Positions 51,538 through 64,000 of a DNA stretch of 64,000 nucleotides are shown in pieces. The notes below the pieces were generated by a model. That model did not search any database and had not been told where the DNA came from. It saw only the letters and a program-made list of their open reading frames with translations. The stretch's first letter is position 1, and each line of letters starts with the position of its first letter. Location: assembly GCF_964204865.1 (NCBI RefSeq), contig NC_135258.1, forward strand, positions 7,998,001 to 8,062,000, given 5' to 3'. Source of the stretch: Styela clava (lineage: Eukaryota). The position numbers and the translations under genes are program-made.

Positions 51538-52224
51538 TCAAGTAATATAACATGCAGACATTATTTCCATGAAATTAGAGCTTTATTTTTCTACATATCT
51601 GTTTACAATGTAGGTGCCAATTATTTTCTGGTGCTGGAACAATCATTTGTCCCTTTAACTTGTAATTTCAATGACATTATTGCTTCCGTAACGCATCACA
51701 ATTGACTGTACAAGCTAATCACGGTATAGCTACGTGATGCGTTTTCCTCGGCGTCTAAGTTCCCTTCAATTACATTTTACTATTCTATCACGGCGTGACT
51801 ACATAGTCACCAGTTCATCTGAAAACCAATTACTAATTAGCTTCAGAATATTACTCAATACCTTTATTTTACGTGTAACAAATCGCAACTTCATATACAT
51901 CAGTGGTTGGATTCAAAATTTTATGAACAGGTTCTCTTTTGTATTAAACTCACTAATAAATAATTAGCTCTTTCAGACAATGTGATTGTCTTTACGTGAG
52001 TCACATTAATATGGCACGCTTTACATAAATCAATACATAACTTTCGAAGCATCAAATATAACGGTAGTTGTCAGCTGCGGCGGCCCTTAACCATTTGCTA
52101 CGCCCGTCTAACGTCTAAAAACAACGTGTTCTCTGATTACCACGACATTCAGGAACGGCCTTGTGCGAGCTCATGTAAACCCCATGAAACCCACCACTGG
52201 TTTTCACCGGTTCTGCTGAAAACC

Positions 52225-52459
52225 TGGATCTTTTGTATAAAGACCCCGCCAAATAAACATCCCCGCCTACGCTCGAAATAAAAAAAATTAATAATTATCC
52301 AGTTAGGTTTTGGGTTAGGGTTAGGAATGCGGATGGCACTGAAAATTCAAATTTCAAAATCATTGTTAACACCAGCTGGATAATTACTAATTTGTCATTA
52401 AAAAACGTAGCGGAGGTGTTTTTCTCAATTCGGGGGCGGGAGCTTTGTATAAAAGATCC
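52225..52459. mobile_element. MITE with ~25-bp imperfect TIR
   Basis: GGATCTTTTGTATAAAGACCCCGCC ... GGCGGGAGCTTTGTATAAAAGATCC. Confidence 0.7.
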
Positions 52460-53350
52460 GGAAACCTTTGACTTATTAGCTTCAGAATATTATTCAAAAC
52501 CTACATCTTACGTGTAACCAAACGATCCTTCACGCATATGCAGTGTCACTTGTCACCGCTAAATTTCTTACGGCTCTTATTTCTAAGACATTAGGAAATA
52601 ACGAAAGTGGGACAAGGGTGGCAATGATGATTGGGTTACGTTAGTTTGCAATTGAGTTTTAATAATTCTATTAGATAATAGGATCTGAAAATCGAGCGTC
52701 ATAAATTTATTTTCACAAAACACTTTCTAAATTAATCTTAAATAACTGGTTTTGATAGGGTCCAAGGTACATTGTTATAAGATGTTTTCGCTTTCGTTCT
52801 GCAATGAGTTTCTGGGTCAGAATTTTCATTACCACGCGCACTTTCTAATATTACACACTTACCGTCCGTGTGCACCCACGGAATGAAGTTTTCTGTGATT
52901 CATGGTTAGACAGAGGTATCAAGAAGGAGGCGCTGACGTGACTCGGTTGATCTACATCGTTACAGGAAGCAACTACATATGAGGTAATAACCGTTACATT
53001 GTGTGGAGATATTAGAACGCGCGATTAAAACCGTGTGTTGCTTGTCCTGAAGCTCAGTGTAAATGTCTGTCTCGTGGTGGTAGTGTCTGAGTTCGTTCGA
53101 TTCGAATTAGGGAATTTTAATATACCTGAGGTAAACAACTCTATAAATGAGGTTTTAGTACCTCAAAATAGGCGGAAATGCTACGTTTTTATATATTTAT
53201 AAATGACGAATTTATTAATTAAAATAATTTCATCGTGCTTGCGAATATGAGCACAAATGCCAAAGAACGGCGTTTCAAACATAGTTTATGACATTTCTAG
53301 GACGAGATATTCACAGAGATTTTATTATATGACCAATTTTATCTTATTAT

Positions 53351-53683
53351 TGGACACGTTTCAAAATTTTGTTGTTATTATTATTATTTGTCTCCATCAT
53401 TTTTTTTTTTTAAATTGCTTTTCTCTTTGACTACTGGACCAATTGCTTTGAAATTGAGTGAGTAAAGATTAATTTTTTTGCCAGAAGGCTAATACTTTTA
53501 TTTATTTCTAAATTTCGCATGAAATCTGATATTTCGTCTAAAATTTCGCTGTATTATTTTATCCATGAGAACACTGGCTGTTCGGTTTGATTCTGTAAAT
53601 TATTTCTACTCGAAATTCGGAATTTGTTGTGGGTACCGGTGGCGTCAACGGTAAATACTGCTTCGCTCTGGTTAACGTGTCCA
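53351..53683 (-). mobile_element. Repeat family B copy
   Basis: 10-bp inverted termini TGGACACGTT / AACGTGTCCA and the internal actactggaccaattgctttgaaatt. Confidence 0.7.
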
Positions 53684-53972
53684 TATATTTGAGCACAGCT
53701 CTTTTGTTGGATTTTTTTATCCTAAATCAAGAATTTTGGAAATTTTGTCGAATGTTTTCTACCAGAAGTTGCAATGACCACACTGGCGGAAAACGGTTTG
53801 ATTATATGTTTCGGAAAGTTTGAGCGTATCTCAATTCTAATACAATATTTCTGTTTAAAGCGAAACTTCCGAACAAAAGCAAGCATCGTTTGTGTAATCG
53901 TTAGAGCATATTTGATGTCATAAAAATTGATATCGTTTTGACAGTTTAATTCCTACATTTCATAACTAAACA

Positions 53973-56900
53973 ATGGCAACCGAAGCATCTGGAATGTGGG
54001 ATTCAACGACTACTTTGGATCCAGGTCCTCATCCCGTAATTATCACTACGACAAAGCACTGGTGGATCCCGCAAGTAGAAATTCCTTTCCTGATATTGAT
54101 AATACTGGTTGGTTTGATTGGAAACATCAGCATCATCGGCGCGATTGTCCTTGAAAAGAAATTGAAGGTTCAAATTTTATTTTTACATTCATAGTTAATT
54201 ACAAAATCTTTGCAAAGTGGAATGGGAATGAGATAAGAATAGGCTATATATAATAGAGAAGGATATTATTGCTTATTCGTTCTCGAATTATAGATCTCGC
54301 ACCGCCGGTTTTAGATGTGTATAATTTCCATCAAGTTTGAGCTCTTGCTGGACATTGGACATGAAGAAAATAATCGTTTTATAAGAATAATTGTGTTTAC
54401 TGATATTGAGACAATCACTGACATATATATATATCCTTATTTGCATACGTAATAAATCGATATAAATTCGTCAAAATTTGATGAAATCATCAAATTGTGA
54501 ATTACTCGGACTCATTTCCATTCGTGAACCTAATGTCATGATTTTATTTTAGTTTGTCGGAAATGCATTCATCGTGAATCTTGCAGTCGCTGATTTAATA
54601 GTGACTGCTTATGTTGTACCGGGGATTCTCGCCAACGAAATCGCAGACAAGAATCTGTTCTCGCTCGGAGCCTGCAATTTCACTGCACTTATTGTTTCTG
54701 TCAGTTGCTTGGCTTCGATGTACAGTCTTATGTGCGTCGCGATCAACAGGTATTGCAATTAAATGTATCATAAATATGTTTTAGTGTAAATAATCGTAAA
54801 ATGAGATAGAAAATAGTTTTCTATTTATGCCCTAATAAGTTTTATATAAATGTAAGCAAAAATTGCAATATAAGGTTAGTGAAATGTATTATTTATTGAT
54901 AAAACTGCTTTATATGAATTGTCTATATTCTGAAATCACAGGAGTGCATAGCGTAATTGACGCGATTATAGCACTTGTTAGAGTGTAAATTGTTGTACAA
55001 TTGCAGATACATTGCCGTGGCGCACAGCAACTGGTATACCGACTTATTTACAAAGAAAAAGGTTGCAATTTTCATTGGAATCGTTTGGATCTGGTAAGCT
55101 TCAAATTGTAACTCATTTCAAATCATAAAAAGCACTTTATTATTTTTTTTAAAGTGTTTACAGATTTGTGAAAACTTTCTTCTTCAACTTTTCACCGAGC
55201 AATTAGAGGCTATAGTCATCAGGCGCTCGTATATGATTCAACATGGTTATTACTCAATACAAAGTCAAAGGATGTCAGTTAACCATGTATAGATAGACTA
55301 TTCATATTCTAGAATAATATTTATCGACAGCAGTCGGTCATGCCTAAGCCAACGCCAACCACTAGAAAAATAGATACATGCATACATAATGTACGAGAAA
55401 TAACAGTATACTGTCATCCCACAATAACATAGCATATTTATCCACGATGCTAACATAATAAAACATTATTACCATTTAAAAAAAAAATAAAACAATGCGT
55501 ATATTTCAGCTGAAGTATATTGAATTAATCAGTGTTAAATCAATATTTTAATGACTAATTTAATATGTTATGATTTATCAAATGAATACTGACTGGATTT
55601 AGTGCTAATAGAAGCATATATATATATATCAATTTACAGTTAACAGATTGGATGACCCTGAATTCAAAATAAGCCGTAGATTGCTAAGTTATTGGAATAG
55701 AATAGGATTTGCAGATTTATCCTGGGGGAAAGTAATGCCCATAACACGGCTTAGTTATATGGCGAAACACGCCTCTCGTCCGGTTACCAGTCCATGTAGG
55801 GTATGGGATTAGTTAGCCAGTTATTTGTTTCCAGAAGCAGAAACCTGATTCATCGCTACTCGTTATTATATTATGTTTGCAAGTTTGGCCTTAAACGGTG
55901 AGTTCGACTTTTTCAAGATCAGCAAAACATCATATCACGATTTTTGTCACCTGCAGCATGTTTGTACAGTCGCGTATGCAAATTTTGCCGCACCCTCGTG
56001 AATAATCATTTCCTACTGAATATTGTTTACTTTTTTTGACTGAGCACGATACAGACGATGTTTTCGACTTTCGTCCTGTTTAGTCTTTGGGACAATAGGT
56101 AGACGGTATTACTGCAAACGAACAATTTCTGTTGCGCCAGAAAGTAAAACTATATTTAGCAATCGTAGGTTTCGCGTACGTGCAGACCACCACAGCAAAA
56201 GTAATTGCTTATAAAGAATAATGTCAAGTTGCTTAAAATAATCCGCCTACTTGAAACTATACGTTTACTAACCAAATGAATCAGTTACAACACGGCATAA
56301 ACGTTGCAATGCTATTAAGCGTCCCACGGTAGAAATCCGAAACAACACTATTGTAAAGGCAGAAAAGAGATTTTGTTGTGAACGAATGAATTCTACAACC
56401 ATCCAAACATAGTCACCATAACTAGCGATCGTAAATGAGGACAAAATTGAAAATATTTCAAAATATTTCGTCGACTTAGAAACATAAGTTGACTAATTAA
56501 ATGACTCAATCAAAAAACGTTAAACTACTAGCACCGTACGAAAGATATCTAGAAGAAATAATATTGAATAACAATATTGTCAAGGAACGAGAAATGATTC
56601 TGTGAAATATGACATCTACAAACTTACATATATAATCGCCAAGGCCAGTGGTCCTGAATTAGGAAAAACTTGAAATTACATTCAATGTATTGCGAAATAA
56701 GTATGCGTTTATATCCAATTAAATGTGTTTGTCATCCCATAATTTTCACTTTTTTCGTCATTATTCGTTTGTCAAGTTATGCCATTAACATAATTTACAT
56801 CCTTCAATCATACAACGACAAAAATATTTGATTTTTGTAACTGATATAATGTATAATTAAAAAAATTATATTTTTTCAGGTCATTCGTTTTGTCGATTCC

Positions 56901-59649
56901 ACCAGCTTTTGGTTGGGGTGATTACAAGTATCATGGAAAAATACATATCTGCATGTACGACTGTAACACAAAGTAAGTCTCCTAAATTTCATTCATTTTT
57001 GCTTCGCTTTCCAAAATTATAAAGAGCTCGCCCAAAACAAGGGTGATACTTAATGCGACGAACCGAAAATGTACCAAATAGTTTTACATGTAATTTATTC
57101 AGTTCCACTACTCTACTGCGTTTAATATAAGTTTTTGATTTTTTATTAACTTTCCCATTTAATTCTTCTTATTTTTTCATCAGATTCTTCGCCTACACAA
57201 CAACATTCATATCTTTATCTATATTTGTACCATTCACGATTACATGTCTCTGCTATCTTGGAGTTTATCTCGTATTCAACAAAAACAGGCAAGAACTTGA
57301 ATTTATTTAATATTTACTGGACACGATGTATGTATGTACATATGGATCGTTTAGTTATAATGTTGTTGTTGTTGTTTTCTTCTTTGTTATGAAAAAAATG
57401 CTTTTCTTATTAACTACTGGACCAATTGCTTTGAAATTGTCAGTGGTTGAAGATTGTATTTATTGCTAAAAGATGTTACTTTTATTTATTTCAAAATATA
57501 CTGTGAGTTTTATGGGATTAGTTTATTGTGTTCGATGACGTCATCAAAAACTGCGCATCTTGTGGCGATTTCGCGTTCGCGTTAGTCGTGAAACACTGCG
57601 GTACCAGATTGCATAGCCGTACTACTCGTTAGCTTTCGTGCCCATAGATTTGAATATCGCTCTCTTTTTCGTATATATATTCTTAACACTCTACGTGAAA
57701 CAAAGCCTAGAAAAGTGTATTCTTTTTAGCTGCCGTCTGCAGAAGCGTTTATAGTAGACTACCCTGATATTAATGTCCATTTCAATATTTCTAGATCTCG
57801 AGTTCGCAGCATGTCTAATGGAGACAGAAAACGCAGTGGAACCACAATGTCAACTACTGAAACCGGGACCGAAATCAAAAGAAATAAATCGTAAGTGTTT
57901 ACGTATGATGAATGGGCCTTGACTTATTTTGAGCAAAATGCTGGTGAGCTTGAACGAATAAACAGAAAACGATAATAAAAGTTGTCATGTTATCCGGATT
58001 TTTTGAACTTTTAATATATAGACCCCTACCAAGTTTCAATATAATTGACTGCTGCTAAAATCAGGAGAATTATTCAGAATCTGCACTTTGGTGTGTTCGT
58101 GATTAGTGTAAACCCCTTTACCGTATGAATTCTTCCTATATATTGGATATATTTAAAACCACAAACGATTTGTGACTTACATGAAAAATATCTCTAAATA
58201 TTCTATGACTCGCAATGTATGAGCTGTAAGAGCTGTGTCATGTCAGTTATGGGACACTTATATTATTTGTGACACATGAACCGAAAGATGTTTATTTTAC
58301 TTTAAGAAAATAGCAATATGAATATGCTCGTGACATTAAGTCATCTAAATTTCTCGGTACAGTTTGCATGCTAGTTTTTTTTACATTTTAGGAGAAAGTC
58401 TACAAAAAGAGAAAACAACGAAAAACGTCTTGTGGTGACATTGTTTGCTGCTGTGGTTCTGTTTACCATATGTTGGGTTCCGTACGCTCTTATTATTTTG
58501 ATAAACCATGATGCTCCTGCTATATACAAACGAAGTGCTGCATGGCTTGCTTTTACCAACAGGTAAAGTAATTCTGAATGCATACGGTAGCTCCGCTACA
58601 ATCACAATAATAACTAACACTGTCAAGATTTTAAAAGTGGTGGGATACATACGCACAGGATTTTTAGATTAGTGAATTATTTTCGTACGTATTACTTTTG
58701 GCGTTCCAGAAGTGTGTGTACCAATTTGAAGGTAACTGATTTTGTTTGCCTAATTTACATCAAGTTATGTAAATGAACTGAAACCCGTGAGAAGGAGGTA
58801 TATTCTCTTGGCTAACACAGTCCCCGAACTCGCGATAGAACTAAAAAAAGGAAAATCGAAATAAAATTATTGGCTAACCCTAACCTGGTACACACACTAC
58901 GAAATACCTTACCTTCAGGTAGACCTGCAGACATATACTACCATAGTACATCCTCACACTATTCTATTTATATTTACCGGTACTTGCACATACTCATCTA
59001 CCCAGTCCATATCGACGAGCTTACCCCTAAAGTAATAAAATATATCATCAAGTTCTAATCTCATCTGATATTCTAAATTTATAGTGCAATGAACAGCATA
59101 CTATACGGCTTGTTGAATCGTAACTTCAGAACAGGATACAAAAAGATGTGGGCAAGAGTATTTTCATGCTGTTCCTGTATTTCAATCTCAAAGAAAATGC
59201 TTGGAGAAACATCGGCCACCAAATCAACATCGGTAAGTACACGTATTTGAACTCAAATTCACTTTGTTTCATTTAACTCTTTCATGCTGTACACTTCGCA
59301 AGCTTACGTTCACCAAGTAGTTTTGTTGTGATGGATATACAATCGAACGAGCAGAATATACTAGCGGTCACATAAAAAATCTTATTTTGTTAGGAAAAAT
59401 TAATTGCGTCTTGAATTCACAAATTTTAAAAATAAATCTAAAGAACTATTTTCATACAAATACATAATTGCATTTCATACAAATAAGACATTCCACAATT
59501 TAATGGTGATTTGGCAGCGTTCAAAAATTTGCTAAATATTCTAATTTTTTTTTTATCAACGACCCTATACATAGTATACATAACCATTTCGGTTACTTCA
59601 GACAGATAAAGGCCGAAAGCCGAAAAATATATCCAAAATATTGAGATGA
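53973..59649 (+). CDS. Class A GPCR, melatonin-receptor-like, 9 coding exons, ~379 aa
   Basis: Exons 53973-54167, 54553-54749, 55007-55093, 56880-56972, 57184-57288 (GC donor), 57795-57890, 58392-58562, 59085-59232, 59602-59649 (last exon uncertain). Motifs: GN, GNAFIVNLAVAD, AINRY, CWVP, NSAMNSILYGLLNRNFR. Confidence 0.88.
55695..55840 (-). mobile_element. 3' part of the SINE-like family found in ficolin intron 2
   Basis: gcctctcgtccggttaccagt...ccagttatttgtttc is the reverse complement of 36582-36615 and 10553-10585. Confidence 0.6.
57318..57644 (-). mobile_element. Repeat family B copy in GPCR intron 5
   Basis: Termini tggacacga / tcgtgccca, a TTG microsatellite and the shared family core. 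Confidence 0.7.
58700..58901 (+). mobile_element. MITE family A copy in GPCR intron 7
   Basis: Aligns over its full length with 46673-46880. Confidence 0.78.
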
Positions 59650-62353
59650 AAGCGGGCCAAACTTACCTTTGAATATTTTCATTTATGCAGTTTTATTCTT
59701 TGTCCAACCACCGAACTACAAAGATGAAATCAGGAATTGTCGTCGATTCCGCCATTCATTCAACTACCGACGTTTAAATAATGAAGCCACCGGGATTGAC
59801 CGAAAAAGAATACTTTTTGTCAAAACTCATCGTTGAGGATTACTGGTTGTCATTGATTGGGAGTGTCAGCAAGCATTTTTCAAACTTTTTCAACTCCCCA
59901 GAGTCGGAGTCATTTAAGTTTTTTTGAACATTTTGCCATTTGCTTATTTTTTATCTTATCATGCCTATATTTAATTAGCTTCATTTGTTTTCTAAATTTT
60001 GATTACAATGATCGGATAAGCATGTTAATATACACTTGCATATTAAATTTTATTATTAATAAATGAAATGTATGAAAACATTTTGTTATCGACTTTCACG
60101 AAATATCTGGCACAATTGGTTGCATCAACCAACATTTATTTTCTATAAAAAGTTTCCATGGGATTCGTTTTGTATGAAATAAAAATTGCGCACATTCAGC
60201 GCAGTTGGGAGTTTGAAGGCTACCGATACTATAGAAAAGTTTTGAAACTCTCAGTGAATGTTATTTTCAGATGAGCTCTGAGCTGGTCATTTAAATGAAT
60301 TGAAACTGAATAAATTTATTCTAAAATATTCTAAAAAAAACTATTCTATATTAACATAATAATATTCTATAAAACGTTTTTGTCTACTGAATCGATATAA
60401 AATGAAAATTCTTGCATATTTAAAACGAAAATTTCATCCATAAATATATATGATTGTTTGTAAAGAATATTAACCAGTCATCCTGGTAACTGTCAGGCTC
60501 ATTGAATGCAAATCCCCTCAACAAGCATGTGTAAGTCTTTAAATTATTATCATAAGCTTCGACAAAATTTAAAAACAGCCTCTCTCTTGTATCGAACTTA
60601 CTACGAAAAGCGTATAGGTATAAAAACTAAGATCGGGTTCGCTGATTAGCACGACATCTCGAAAAACGAGATCGCGAGAACCCGCGCAACTCCCTGAATC
60701 CCACTATATAATGTTCGTATTGGTTAAAACAAAATTTCAAATCGCTACTGTCTTGTTTTTTGTTTGTTCGGCAAAGGTCGAGGTAGATCCCTGGATTATT
60801 TTGTTGAAACCATAATTTTCAAATATAATTCTGACAAATTGCTCTTATCCTTCTTGGGAGTTATTGATGAAACGTGTTTCTTATTGCATGGGAAAACTGA
60901 CTGAGAGACGGATTATATATTTTCAGTATGTGTCCGGAATACTCATTACAATAAAAAACTCACATGCAATTACATATCTCCCAACTATTCGAAATTCGAT
61001 TCTAGAAAAATATCATATTCGCTTCAGAAATCATCAGGTATTCAAAAATTTACATTCCTAATTGTGAAAAAATTTGCTTTGCTCATTCACGTGGTTTATT
61101 TCTGAAGATAAGATATTTTAATTCGCCGCGTGGGGTTCTTCTGTTCTTGTTTTTTTAAATGGAATTTTCCTATTGGCTGGTATGTCTTATGATGCCTGAA
61201 TGAGGAATCAAATTACCAAAACAAAACGAAACAATGTATTTTTGTATTTACTTCATATTATATTTATTAATCACTGAAAAACATTTGTTGAGTTGTATAC
61301 AAGGTATTCCTTCTCTTTGTATGGTGATGATCTTATTGATTCTGCAAAGTAAGAAAGATTTCTCTTTAATGGTTCCACCTAGATATAAAAGTAACTGAAA
61401 ATAGAATATTTTTCCTTCTAGAAAAATGTATATTACTACTTGTTTCTGATAGCAGGAATAGAAAATTCGAATAATGTTTATTAACAATTGCAACAAAATT
61501 CTCTTACTTTTCAGTGCATGAACATTGTTTCGCGCTAATAACAAACACCTTCATAACATGTAGGGCCATAGTCAGGGTCGCAATGTTCGCACCAGTCGCA
61601 ATCTTCGTCTGTCTCGCAACCTATAAAAAAGTTAAAAGCATAGTAAAGATTTTTGTTTTTATTTATTCTGATATGTGAGAATTTTAATTTTATAAACAAC
61701 AAATTTTAGAATCGTTCAGTTAAATATCTTATTGCAATCTTGTGGTGATCAAAATATCTAACTTCCTTTTCAGCAAAAGCACGAAAACGATATTTCGCAA
61801 GTAGGTGAAAAGTTGTTGTTGGCATGTTTGTGATGGCAGTGCTATTTATCAGGAAATTATCAGCTATTTAATGTAGCAGCTATTTTCACTCGTCCCATTA
61901 TAGTGAATATATTATTGTTTTATCGTTGAGTTGTAGACTGAACACATTGTTTAAATGTAGTAAATTTACACAGTACAAATTTGAGAAGTTCTAACCATAA
62001 GATGTTCCTATTAAAAACACCAATGCAACGGCCAACGCCAACAATGTTGAAAAAAGTTTTTCCATCGCTGTCGACAGGGTGTAGCTCCTTTAGCAAATAT
62101 AATTAAAAGGATTGAAAAAGCAAAAGGTAATATTTTTATTCTGATCGAGTTACATTCTCTCGTTAAATTTCACCTGATTGGATTTTATTTTTTTTAGGGA
62201 TATCACTTTGAGGTTAAAACAAAACTGTCGAGATTTATCAAACTTTATGTCATTTGGTACTGTTTCTATAGCTACAATGAAGCCAAAACTATAACTAAAA
62301 ATTATTATGCGATTTGCAAAAAGAACTGCAGACAACTTGCACTGCGTAGCAGT

Positions 62354-62890
62354 TAGGCTTGCACGTAATTTACGGATTTACGGAATTACGTAATTATTTG
62401 GAGTTACGGAAGGGAAGTTACGAATTACGTAAAGTCGTAATTATTGCATTGAAACGAGCTTTCTTCAAAGCAGTCAATTTCGTCGATTGCGAAAATGAAA
62501 GCTCAACAAGTAGAAGAAGTTAGAGTTCCGGTATTCGCAGCCGTTTTTCTCTCTCTTGTTACGTAGGTGAAGGAAGGCATGACGCGTTGCCATTTACTAA
62601 CCTATTATCAACTTATCTGGCGTGGCCAATGTAAATTATTAACGTAGTTAATGGGGCAAGAACTGAGTAGGGCCGTTTGACGCCAACACACTTGGTTTTA
62701 ACTTCTCCCGCAACTTAACCGTAGATAAGGGATAGAATTGCGTTGAGACCGATTGACGCCAACACACCTGGTTTCAACTTCTCTCGCATCTTATCTAGCA
62801 TGGCCATGGCCAATGTACATATAACCGTAGATAGGGGGAAGAATTGTGTTAAGACAGATGGACGCTAACACGCCCGGTTTCAACTTCTTC
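62354..62890. repeat. Probable DNA-transposon end: (a)ttacg short repeats, then 3 degenerate 75-105-bp units
   Basis: A TTACG cluster at 62363-62425. The motif gacgc.aacac.c.tggttt.aacttct recurs at ~62679, 62755 and 62861. Confidence 0.5.
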
Positions 62891-64000
62891 GGGTGAAATG
62901 ACTAATGAACGCAGGAGATCAATCTATCAAACATGGTCTATCAAACATTTGTATCCATTTTACTTTTATTTATTATTTACTTGTTCCAGTTTTCCGTTAC
63001 TTATGGTATATATGTTCCGTTTCTATTTTATTCTATTTTATAGTCACGCGTTTGAATAGTGGGAATTCCCCACCAAGTGTGGATTAGCAATGCTTAACCA
63101 TTCTTTATTGTTAATATCAACACTTGATATATGAACATGGAATATCATATTATTTTTGGCTGTTTCATTTCAGACTTGGGGTATAAACAGGAAAATATCC
63201 ATAACCTTTCAACACGACTATCTTGTGAAATTTAACGAAGAGCTTTCGCGACGAATTGGAACCAAATAAGCGAAAAGAGCGATTGATCACTCGCGCCAAT
63301 ACCTCGCCATGATAATTAATGTCGCGCTTATCAAACAACAATATGACGACAAAAGAGAGATTGCGTAATGAACCAAAACGACGGATTCCTCGCGGACCGT
63401 TGAAAATTTAACTGCTATCATATATAAATAAATATGAGCCTGTGTGTTTATTCTGTGCGAGATCCATTTTCTATTACAAAATCTTGATGTTCTGTTAACG
63501 GTTTTATCGTTATATATCAGTCCGGACTTGGCCTTGCTCATGATGTTTTTCACAATTCCTCTCAATATTTCGGCCATATATGATTAACTGTCTTACCAAA
63601 TGCGGCAACTTATTTTGATTTATCGTCGACTTGAATACCACCGGCACTCGACCAAACTTTTGTCAATCTTGGCCGATAGGATCGCCGACCTGAGTTAGCA
63701 AATAAATGTTGTGAGTGTAAAATAAATGTCACAAAATGCATTGTTTTGCGATATAACTTTGTATTTTCGGAGAAGGCATGTCATATAAGTTCGGTATTTA
63801 AATTATACGCAAATAAATAATATTTGATCTAAATTTATCGCAAATAATGTTATAAACATTCAGTCCGCGAAATGATTGAATGTAAAATGAAGCATGGTAA
63901 TAGGAATATCGTCAATAAGTCGACATCAATAATTATTATCATAAAAATGCTAACAAGGCAGTAATGTCGGATAATGCAGAAAACGCTGCAAAAACAAGTC

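Noticed and set aside
13710-58890. CCCTAA/TTAGGG motifs suggesting interstitial telomeres
   Set aside because: There are only 1-2 units at each site, mostly inside MITE-like repeats.
62670-62890. CRISPR-like repeat-spacer pattern
   Set aside because: The context is eukaryotic, the intervening sequences resemble each other, spacing is irregular and there are no cas genes.
63287-63577. 96-aa minus-strand ORF
   Set aside because: It has no recognisable domain or supporting exon structure.

Overview
AT-rich, intron-containing eukaryotic DNA. It is probably from an invertebrate chordate such as an ascidian, inferred from the short-collagen ficolins and the repeat style, not verified. In order, the window holds: (i) a + strand, heavily deleted ficolin remnant at the left edge; (ii) a 6-exon 2OG/Fe(II) dioxygenase (+); (iii) a tandem array of six 6-exon ficolin-like genes on the - strand (signal peptide, CxxxC, 8-9 Gly-X-Y, CC, coiled-coil neck, fibrinogen-like domain), in which copy 2 is a pseudogene and copies 3 and 4 are a near-identical 6.6-kb duplication; (iv) an intronless MS4A/CD20-like four-TM gene (+); (v) a 9-exon melatonin-receptor-like GPCR (+) with one GC-AG intron. 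MITE-, SINE- and Helentron-like repeats are scattered throughout. The most interesting signal is that the ficolin array splits into copies keeping the MASP-binding P-G-K-x-G-P lysine (1, 5, 6) and a clade with Lys->Glu (2, 3, 4). That clade also has its own ligand-site residues, a read-through C-terminus and three private intronic insertions. This could be a paired activating/non-activating lectin system, but that is inference. All exon models were read by eye from splice sites and frame continuity. No database search was possible.
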